DNA of 10,300 nucleotides from Candidatus Krumholzibacteriales bacterium. GTDB taxonomy: Bacteria > Krumholzibacteriota > Krumholzibacteriia > Krumholzibacteriales > WJIX01. The DNA is taken from the NCBI GenBank assembly GCA_046483305.1, contig JAWODM010000053.1, positions 1 through 10,300 of the forward strand, read 5' to 3'. The notes under the pieces are model-generated. The model was not told where the DNA came from and made no database searches. It was given only the letters and a program-made list of their open reading frames with translations. Both the position numbers and the translations under genes were made by a program. Below are positions 1 to 6,589 of the stretch, in pieces. How positions within the stretch are numbered: the stretch's first letter is position 1; each line of letters starts with the position of its first letter.

Positions 1-482
1 TTAACTCCAAGTAGATCAACCATGATCTTTGTACCATATTTATGAGCAGATGCTACTGCTTCTTTGATGGTTGAATCATCTGATGCAGCCATCACACAAA
101 CGATGTCAGCACCGGCTTTTGCTGCCATCTCTGTTTCTAATGCACCGGTATCCATCGTTTTTAAATCAGCAACAATAGTTTTTTGAGGAAATGTTTCTCG
201 TAAAATTCGAACGATTTCTATGCCTTCGCTTTTGATAAGGGGTGTTCCTGCTTCTAACCAGTCTCTGGTCTGCTCGCTTTCCTGATCCTCCAGCCACCTG
301 TAAGGATCCTCGATTTCGATACCATGAAGGGTATCCACCACCACTCTTCTCTCTGTTTCAGGTACCGGCGGCAGATTCTTCTCTCCGGAAGAAACCGACC
401 CGGCTGCAACCAGCACCGTCAAAACAGGAATCAGGAGAAACAATAAGAACAGACGCAGTCTTCGAACAGATGAGAATAGCAT
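1..482 (-). CDS. Partial chimeric ORF (runs off the left edge): signal peptide + prolyl oligopeptidase (S9A) N-terminus fused in frame to 3-hexulose-6-phosphate synthase (HPS/KGPDC, OMP-decarboxylase fold)
   Basis: Manual translation from ATG 482-480 (SD GGGAGG upstream), open to base 1: [160 protein letters not shown]. '[14 protein letters not shown]' is the classic S9A N-terminus. '[11 protein letters not shown]...[19 protein letters not shown]' is the HPS signature. Confidence 0.85.
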   Translation of the reverse strand, partial: MLFSSVRRLRLFLLFLLIPVLTVLVAAGSVSSGEKNLPPVPETERRVVVDTLHGIEIEDPYRWLEDQESEQTRDWLEAGTPLIKSEGIEIVRILRETFPQKTIVADLKTMDTGALETEMAAKAGADIVCVMAASDDSTIKEAVASAHKYGTKIMVDLLGV

Positions 483-624
483 TTCAACCTCCCTGTTATT
501 CTCTATTTGCCGCTTACCATTGCACCTTTACTTTTTCAGGTCATTATTAAATCATAAAGGGAAGTTTCGCACAACAGGAAATACCGCAGAAATGGAATGT
601 AAAATTGGCTGAAAAAGGCCATAG

Positions 625-671
625 AATAAAAGCGCCACGGGTTTTCACTGTCAATTAAAAATCCGTGGCAC
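625..671 (-). terminator. Intrinsic terminator-like hairpin ending the leader/small RNA
   Basis: Minus strand reads GTGCCACGGATTTT-loop-AAAACCCGTGGCGC followed by TTTTATT. Arms are 658-671 and 632-645, with one mismatch and one G:U pair. Confidence 0.7.
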
Positions 672-769
672 TTCCAACAATCGACACGGGTTATCGGGAC
701 TTCCTTCGGCCCCTTTACGCTTTGCGGGGCCTCTCTCTTTCATTATCTCCCGTGTACCCGCTCAATCTA
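625..769 (-). ncRNA. Putative structured leader RNA or sRNA (~145 nt), family not recognised
   Basis: Bounded by a near-consensus promoter (776-804) and a terminator. Contains stem ACACGGG/CCCGUGU (749-755/684-690), a purine-rich internal bubble and an apical GGCCCC/GGGGCC stem. Confidence 0.5.
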
Positions 770-775
770 TTTATA

Positions 776-804
776 ATTTTACAGAAGTTCAATATCTTTG
801 TCAA
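776..804 (-). promoter_or_regulatory. Sigma70-type promoter
   Basis: TTGACA (804-799), 17-bp spacer, TAAAAT (781-776); predicted start near 769. Confidence 0.7.
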
Positions 805-814
805 TAGCTTCGCA

Positions 815-842
815 GGCAATGATTCGGAGGGGGCAATGATTC
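815..842. repeat. 11-bp direct repeat GGCAATGATTC, two copies
   Basis: Exact copies at 815-825 and 832-842 (17-bp period), just upstream of the -35 of the minus-strand promoter. Confidence 0.6.
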
Positions 843-861
843 AGAACCATTAGCTGCCCGG

Positions 862-881
862 TATGAGTTTCATAATTATGA
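862..881. promoter_or_regulatory. Palindromic operator-like site
   Basis: Perfect 12-bp palindrome TCATAATTATGA (870-881) overlapping TATGA-gtt-TCATA (862-874), between the divergent promoters. Confidence 0.35.
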
Positions 882-923
882 GGCAGGCTCACCCATTTTG
901 TTTATCAAACTAACCAAAATGAC

Positions 924-952
924 TTGATAATAGTCCTTTCTGCATGTACTTT
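924..952 (+). promoter_or_regulatory. Putative sigma70 promoter for the M3 peptidase-DmpA operon
   Basis: TTGATA (924-929), 17-bp spacer, TACTTT (947-952). SD-like AAAGGA precedes ATG 1016. Confidence 0.4.
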
Positions 953-1015
953 TTATAAATCAGTAACCGTTTTTAAACGCCCCTTCAAAGGGCGCAATTA
1001 GAGAAAGGAAATGGA

Positions 1016-3130
1016 ATGAGACGAACAGCACTGCTTCTGGCGCTACTGGCCGTTGTTATCACACTATCCTGCTCAGAGCAGGTATCTGAGGTTAAGGGTT
1101 CAAATCCCCTGCTTTCAGAGTTCGAAACCCCTTTCGAGGTGCCGCCTTTTGACAAGATCAAAGCTGAACATTACATGCCGGCTTTCGAGGAGGCCATGGA
1201 GATTCATCAGAAGCAGGTTCTGGATATCGCCGGCAGCAGCGAAGAGCCCACCTTCGAGAACACACTGGTGGCTCTGGACCAGAGCGGCAGACTGCTTGCC
1301 CGGACCAGCAATATATTCTTCGGGCTGAACTCCGCTAAAACAGATGAACAGATGCAGGATATCGCCAAAAAGGTTGCTCCGATGCTGTCCGGGCACCGGG
1401 ATAATATAATGCTGAACGAGAAGCTGTTTGGGAGAATTAAATCTGTATATAAAGATAAGGATGAATTAGGCCTGGATCGGGAACAGGCAAAACTTCTGGA
1501 AGAATATTACAGAGATTTCGTGAGGGGCGGCGCCGAGCTGAACGACGCTGACAAGAAAAAGCTTCGCGGAATAAACAAGGAGCTCTCTCAGCTGACCGTT
1601 CAATTCGGAGAGAATGTCCTGAAGGAAGTAAACAGGTACGAACTGATTATAGATAACCCCGAAGACCTGGCCGGACTGCCGGAGAACGTAATCGAGACCG
1701 CGGCCGAGGAGGCTGCCGGCAGGGGATACGAAGGCAAATGGGTCTTTACCATCAGCAAGCCCAGCATGCTGCCCTTTCTGCAGTACTCCGGCAGGAGAGA
1801 GCTCAGGGAACAGATTTACAAAGCTTATCTGCACAAGGGAGACCACAATGATGAACTGGACAATAAGAAAATAATAAACAGGGTGGTCAATCTGCGGCTG
1901 GAGAAAGCGAACCTTCTCGGATATCCCACCCACGCCCACTTTGTCCTGGAAGAAAGAATGGCCAAGAACCCTGAAAACGTGCACGAACTTCTCGACAAAC
2001 TATGGGAACCGGCTCTGAGGAAAGCTAAAGAGGAATCCGCGATGATGCAGGAGATAATCGAAGACGAGGGCGGAGATTTCAAGCTGCAGGGATGGGACTG
2101 GTGGTATTACGCGGAGAAGATAAGGAAAAATAAGTACGCTCTGGATGAAGAGATGCTCAAACCGTATTTCAAGCTCGATAATGTAATGAAGGGCGCTTTC
2201 AATGTCGCTAATAAACTATTCGGCATAACCATCGAGGAAAGATTCGATCTGCCCAAATACCATGAGGATGTAAGAACCTTCGAGGTCAAGGATGCGGACG
2301 GTTCACACATCGGTATCTTCTATACCGACTACTACCCCAGAGAAAGCAAGCGCGGGGGCGCATGGATGGGCAACTACAGAGATCAGTACTATATCGGGGG
2401 AAGTGAAGTTACTCCCATAGTGGTTAATGTGGGAAACTTCTCCAAGCCGACGGGAACCAAACCTTCTCTTCTGAGCTGGGACAACGTGCTGACCCTTTTC
2501 CATGAATTCGGGCATGGGCTTCACGGCCTGCTTACCGACTGTCATTATAGAAAGCTCTCCGGAACCAATGTCGCCACTGATTTCGTGGAACTGCCGTCTC
2601 AGATCATGGAAAACTGGGCCGAAGAGCCGGAAGTCATTAAGATGTTCGCCAGGCATTATGAGACAGGAGAAACTATCCCTGACCAGCTGATCGGAAAGAT
2701 AGTAAAATCGAGCAAATTCAATCAGGGATTCGCTCTCACCGAATACCTGGCCGCTTCCATTCTGGATATGAACTGGCACACTATAGAAGAAAAGAATGAT
2801 TTCGACGTTAACGCTTTCGAAAAGAAAGTACTCGGCGGTATCGGGCTGATTCCGGAGATAGCTTCCAGGTACCGCAGCACCTATTTCAGGCATATTTTTG
2901 CAGGGGGTTATTCGGCAGGCTACTACAGCTATATCTGGTCGGAAGTACTGGATGCCGACGCCTTCGAAGCGTTCAAGGAAACATCTCTTTTTGACCGTGA
3001 GGTCGCCCGGTCTTTCAGGGAGAATATCCTGAGCAAGGGCGGGACCGAAGATCCCATGGTTCTGTATAAGCGTTTCCGGGGAGCGGAGCCCGGGATCGAG
3101 CCGCTGCTCAAGAGCAGAGGACTGATTTAG
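1016..3130 (+). CDS. dcp: M3A metallopeptidase, peptidyl-dipeptidase Dcp-like, predicted lipoprotein
   Basis: 704 aa. N-terminal NPLL..F.TPF.VPPF, KRGGAW, zinc motif HEFGH (H496-H500), DFVELPSQ.MENW and HIFAGGYSAGYYSY.WSEVLDAD. Hydrophobic leader with lipobox TLSC (Cys19). Confidence 0.93.
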   Translation: MRRTALLLALLAVVITLSCSEQVSEVKGSNPLLSEFETPFEVPPFDKIKAEHYMPAFEEAMEIHQKQVLDIAGSSEEPTFENTLVALDQSGRLLARTSNIFFGLNSAKTDEQMQDIAKKVAPMLSGHRDNIMLNEKLFGRIKSVYKDKDELGLDREQAKLLEEYYRDFVRGGAELNDADKKKLRGINKELSQLTVQFGENVLKEVNRYELIIDNPEDLAGLPENVIETAAEEAAGRGYEGKWVFTISKPSMLPFLQYSGRRELREQIYKAYLHKGDHNDELDNKKIINRVVNLRLEKANLLGYPTHAHFVLEERMAKNPENVHELLDKLWEPALRKAKEESAMMQEIIEDEGGDFKLQGWDWWYYAEKIRKNKYALDEEMLKPYFKLDNVMKGAFNVANKLFGITIEERFDLPKYHEDVRTFEVKDADGSHIGIFYTDYYPRESKRGGAWMGNYRDQYYIGGSEVTPIVVNVGNFSKPTGTKPSLLSWDNVLTLFHEFGHGLHGLLTDCHYRKLSGTNVATDFVELPSQIMENWAEEPEVIKMFARHYETGETIPDQLIGKIVKSSKFNQGFALTEYLAASILDMNWHTIEEKNDFDVNAFEKKVLGGIGLIPEIASRYRSTYFRHIFAGGYSAGYYSYIWSEVLDADAFEAFKETSLFDREVARSFRENILSKGGTEDPMVLYKRFRGAEPGIEPLLKSRGLI

Positions 3131-3138
3131 GATCAGAT

Positions 3139-4302
3139 ATGTTCCGGTTGGCCGGCAAAATGAGAATCTCGGCAGCATTAATTACAGCTCTCTTATTACC
3201 CGCTTTCATTATATCCTCAGGCGGGCCTGAAGCGCGAGAGAGCAGAAAGGTACGCGCCAGAGATATCGGAATAGAACCCGGATGCCTGGATACCGGCAGG
3301 TTTAACGCGATCACTGATGTCCCGGGGGTAAGGGTCGGGCACAAGACCTTAATCAAGGGGGACAGTATCAGGACCGGAGTTACCGCCATCCTCCCCCATC
3401 CGGGCAATATATACTCGGAAAAGGTTCCGGCGGCCCTGTTTATCGGGAATGGTTTCGGCAAACTATCCGGAATCTCCCAGGTGGAGGAACTCGGTAATAT
3501 CGAAACTCCCATAATACTTACCAATACGCTCAGTGTGGGCGCCGCAATGACCGCTGTTGTAAGATACACCCTGGATCTTCCCGGCAACGAGAAGGTCAGG
3601 ACGGTGAACCCGGTGGTGGGAGAAACCAATGACGGATACCTCAACGATATCCGGGAGCTGGTGGTAACTGAACAGGATGTGCTCGAGGCGATCGAATCGG
3701 CCTCAGCGGGAATTGTCGACGAGGGATGCGTGGGAGCGGGAACCGGAACTGTAGCTTTCGGATTCAAGGGCGGTATAGGGACCTCATCCAGGATCGTTTC
3801 AATAACGGGGTGCGGGGATTACACAGTGGGGGCGCTGGTGCAGACAAACTATTCGGGTTCCCTGACAATCGACGGAGCGAGGATCGATACAGAGCCCCCG
3901 GCGCCTGAAAAATCGGGAGACGACAAAGGCTCATGCATGATTATTATAGCCACAGATGCCCCCCTGTCTCCGAGAAACCTCAAGCGCCTGGCATCAAGAT
4001 CGGTTCTCGGCCTGGCCAGAACCGGTTCCGTGATGAGTAACGGATCGGGGGATTACTGTATAGCTTTCAGTACCGCTTACAGGATTCCGGCCGGAAGCTC
4101 AACTCTCCGCTCTCCGGGATTGCTTTCGAACAACAGTATGACCCCGCTGTTCAGAGCGGTTGTGGAGGCGGTTGAAGAGAGCGTTTACAATTCGATGTTG
4201 ATGGCTGAAACCGTGCAAGGTTACCGCGGCAGAACGGTCAGGGCACTGCCTGTAGAAGAAGTGATCCGGATACTGGAGAATAAACGCAAAGAGGGTAATT
4301 AG
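3139..4302 (+). CDS. dmpA: P1-family (DmpA/BapA-like) self-processing aminopeptidase with signal peptide
   Basis: 387 aa. NAITDVPGVRVGH, TGVTAILP, NGFGK, PVVGETNDGYLND, VGAGTG..AFGFKGGIGTSSR, predicted autoproteolysis G264/S265 (KGSCMIII.ATDAP), NGSGD. Starts 8 bp after the dcp stop. Confidence 0.92.
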   Translation: MFRLAGKMRISAALITALLLPAFIISSGGPEARESRKVRARDIGIEPGCLDTGRFNAITDVPGVRVGHKTLIKGDSIRTGVTAILPHPGNIYSEKVPAALFIGNGFGKLSGISQVEELGNIETPIILTNTLSVGAAMTAVVRYTLDLPGNEKVRTVNPVVGETNDGYLNDIRELVVTEQDVLEAIESASAGIVDEGCVGAGTGTVAFGFKGGIGTSSRIVSITGCGDYTVGALVQTNYSGSLTIDGARIDTEPPAPEKSGDDKGSCMIIIATDAPLSPRNLKRLASRSVLGLARTGSVMSNGSGDYCIAFSTAYRIPAGSSTLRSPGLLSNNSMTPLFRAVVEAVEESVYNSMLMAETVQGYRGRTVRALPVEEVIRILENKRKEGN

Positions 4303-4991
4303 CCGAGACAGGTCGATACCGCCCTGCGGATTAATATTTCCATACTGTCGAATATCCTGATACCGGCGGAACAACCGTCTATTACCAGAGGCAGTTCGGA
4401 ACAACCTATCACTACCGCCTCCGCTCCCATATCAATCATTATTCTCAGCGCCTCATTCACCTTCTCTCTGCCTTTATCGATTCGGCCCGCTTTCAGGTCC
4501 CCGTAAATCGCCTCCATTACCAGTTCTTCCTGAAGCTTATCCGGCAGGGTAATAACCGGGTAATCATCGAGCGCGGACTGAAACAGTCCGGACCGAATAG
4601 TCCCTGTGGTAGCCATTATTCCGACCGGGCAATGATCAGGGCATTCCTTTTTGATCGTGTCAGCTGTCTCTTCTACCGCGCTCAGGATATCGCAATCCAG
4701 TTCGGACCGGAGCCTGGGGATATAGTAATGCGCCGATATGCAGGCAATAACGATCAGATCCGCTCCCGCTTCTTCAACCAGCCTTGCCGACGATAGAAGA
4801 GCCGGATATGGGTCCTTCCCGGTTCGCAGAATACCCTCAGTTCTGTCAGGGATGGATGGGTTGGAATAAAGAACAGTCTCTATATGTTCCTGATCCTTTT
4901 CAGCGGGGGTAAGGTCAACCAGCCGGCTGAAGAACGACGCTCCGGCCTTCGCCCCCATTCCGCCGAGTATCCCCAGAATCTTTTTATCCAT
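4299..4991 (-). CDS. Cofactor-independent aspartate/glutamate-family amino acid racemase (RacX/YgeA-like)
   Basis: 230 aa. LGILGGMG, DQEH, IPDRT, catalytic-pair positions C84 (ACISAH) and C197 (GCSELP), GIMATTGTI. Confidence 0.9.
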   Translation of the reverse strand: MDKKILGILGGMGAKAGASFFSRLVDLTPAEKDQEHIETVLYSNPSIPDRTEGILRTGKDPYPALLSSARLVEEAGADLIVIACISAHYYIPRLRSELDCDILSAVEETADTIKKECPDHCPVGIMATTGTIRSGLFQSALDDYPVITLPDKLQEELVMEAIYGDLKAGRIDKGREKVNEALRIMIDMGAEAVVIGCSELPLVIDGCSAGIRIFDSMEILIRRAVSTCLG

Positions 4992-5036
4992 GGACGCACT
5001 CTCCCTGCCGGGTACTACTTATGACGAAACAGTTAA

Positions 5037-5064
5037 ATAGTACCAGCATCAAAGCAACTTTCAA
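5037..5064 (-). promoter_or_regulatory. Possible internal promoter for the racemase
   Basis: TTGAAA (5064-5059), 16-bp spacer ending in TGg, TACTAT (5042-5037). Confidence 0.3.
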
Positions 5065-5093
5065 TAGAAAATAAATATGCGCCAGGTTGAGAT

Positions 5094-6308
5094 TCAGAAC
5101 TGCCCGGGCGACTCCCTTTCGCTGCAGACAGATTTCCCATCCGGGTCTCTGCACACAAAAGCGCTGGAGAGCATAACTCCGGCAGCCACCATAAGAAGTA
5201 TTCCCAGGATCAGAAATGAGATATCGAATCCATGCTTCGTCGCCAGGTAGCCTATCACCGCCGAGGTGGGGCTTCCGATGAGAATTGTCAGAGAACGGTA
5301 AAATCCAAGCTTTCCCCCCCGGCCCCTGACATTCCAGAAATTCATCAGAAAGGAGTTGGCGACCAGGAATACACTGGTCCCCAGGGATATAAAAAACGCC
5401 GCTACGCAGATGGCGATGAACGAACCCACTTCGACCAGCGCGATAAGGCCGATAGCTGTCAAAAACAGCAGTACTGTAATAATTATCCTTTTGTTGTACC
5501 TGTCGGAGAGTATTCCCACCAGGGGTTTGATAACGATCCCCCCCAGAGAAAGCAGAGAGAAACCTATCCCGGCCTGCAGATGAGTCAATCCCTTGCCTTC
5601 TATCATATAAGTGGGGAAAAAGGATGTGGTACCTATCCAGGAAAAGACCAATATCAGGTTTACCGTGAAAAAGAGCTGGGTGGTTTTCTGCTTCAGAACC
5701 ATAGCCCCATCCTGGAATCTTTCCCTGAATGAAACATCGGGAGGGAGTTTCGTTGATTCCCTGGCGATTTTCCTGAATAGAAATGCAATCACCAGAGTGA
5801 TCAGGGCGAACCCGGCAAAAATACTCCTCCAATGGAACCTGGTAGCCAGCAGCGGAATAACTATCGGAACTATGCCTGTAAGCGAACCTGAGCTGGCCTG
5901 GATGCCGAATGCCTTTCCCCGGTTATTTTGAAAAAGGTCGGAGAGCATCGATATGCTGGCAGTCATGAAAAACCCGGTTCCTATGCCCAGGAAAATAATG
6001 AATATAAAAAACAGAAAGAAGTAGTTGGATAGCCCCAGAAACAGAAAGGCCAGCCCGAATGTCACCAGGGAAAAAAATATGGTTTTCTTCCTTCCCTTGA
6101 TATCAGACCAGACGCCTGACGGAAACTGCATCAGCGCGTAGGAGAACCACATCACTGTCAGAGCCATGCCGGCAAGGTCATGTCCGATTCCCAGAGTTTC
6201 CTCTATATCAACCAGTAGAGTTGACAGGGTCAGTCTGGTTGAAAGAAGAAGGAACCACCCGGCTGAAGCAAAGAATAGTGCTATACCTTTCTCGCTCGGT
6301 TTTTTCAA
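5094..6308 (-). CDS. Major facilitator superfamily transporter
   Basis: 404 aa with about 12 hydrophobic segments. Motif A in both halves (GVWSDIKGRKK and GILSDRYNKR) and RGKAFG. TTG start with GGAG upstream. Confidence 0.92.
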   Translation of the reverse strand: MKKPSEKGIALFFASAGWFLLLSTRLTLSTLLVDIEETLGIGHDLAGMALTVMWFSYALMQFPSGVWSDIKGRKKTIFFSLVTFGLAFLFLGLSNYFFLFFIFIIFLGIGTGFFMTASISMLSDLFQNNRGKAFGIQASSGSLTGIVPIVIPLLATRFHWRSIFAGFALITLVIAFLFRKIARESTKLPPDVSFRERFQDGAMVLKQKTTQLFFTVNLILVFSWIGTTSFFPTYMIEGKGLTHLQAGIGFSLLSLGGIVIKPLVGILSDRYNKRIIITVLLFLTAIGLIALVEVGSFIAICVAAFFISLGTSVFLVANSFLMNFWNVRGRGGKLGFYRSLTILIGSPTSAVIGYLATKHGFDISFLILGILLMVAAGVMLSSAFVCRDPDGKSVCSERESPGQF

Positions 6309-6492
6309 CTGAACTTTCTCCTGTTTTCCCCGTAAGTCGATATTTCAAAATTTCAGTCCGGCACTTCCGTGATATAATTCAGATCTGCCGGGATTAAATA
6401 ATATAAAAAAATGCAAGAATATCAAAATCTTAATATTATTCTGATATTTTCAGTTGTTTTATAATAACGAGAGGAATAAAATATTTTTACAC

Positions 6493-6520
6493 TTGACTTT
6501 AACTGTCATTGTTTTAGGTT
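6493..6520 (+). promoter_or_regulatory. Putative promoter for PEP carboxykinase
   Basis: TTGACT (6493-6498), 16-bp spacer, TAGGTT (6515-6520), following an AT-rich tract. SD GGAGG precedes ATG 6590. Confidence 0.35.
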
Positions 6521-6589
6521 ATTGCCGTTTACATCGTTCTCAGGTGAAAAGAGAACGAACCCTTTCATGAGCAACGCTATTGGAGGCGA

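Noticed and set aside
242..550. 102-aa plus-strand ORF
   Set aside because: Antisense shadow of the recognisable minus-strand POP/HPS frame; no motifs.
695..745. Leader as a glycine, cobalamin, T-box or SRP RNA
   Set aside because: Only partial echoes (GAGAGA...CCGAAGG, GCCCCGCAA..GUAA, GAAGGAAG). It lacks the glycine UCUCAGG, cobalamin AGGGAA/AGACC, T-box GGUGGNACC and SRP CAGG...AGCAG elements.
665..853. 62-aa plus-strand ORF
   Set aside because: Runs antisense across the promoter and structured leader; no SD or recognisable features.
1053..4404. Nested or antisense ORFs over dcp and dmpA (e.g. 1466-1984, 2303-3178, 3108-3767)
   Set aside because: Overlap well-supported genes almost entirely; no family motifs; expected codon-bias shadows.
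4984..5832. 282-aa alternative-frame ORF, possible frameshifted MFS-racemase link via the C7 run at 5314-5320
   Set aside because: The MFS frame is intact with both motif-A copies, the alternative product has no recognisable domain, and a 7-nt run is weak evidence for phase variation.
6418..6448. AATATCA...TGATATT inverted repeat in the MFS/pckG divergent region
   Set aside because: 7-bp arms in a very AT-rich tract can easily arise by chance.
6534..6558. Hairpin TCGTTCTC-aggtgaaaa-GAGAACGA in the pckG 5' UTR resembling the 3' end of a glycine aptamer (TCTCAGG)
   Set aside because: The 5' aptamer elements (GGAGAG, CCGAAG) are absent; probably a simple UTR hairpin.
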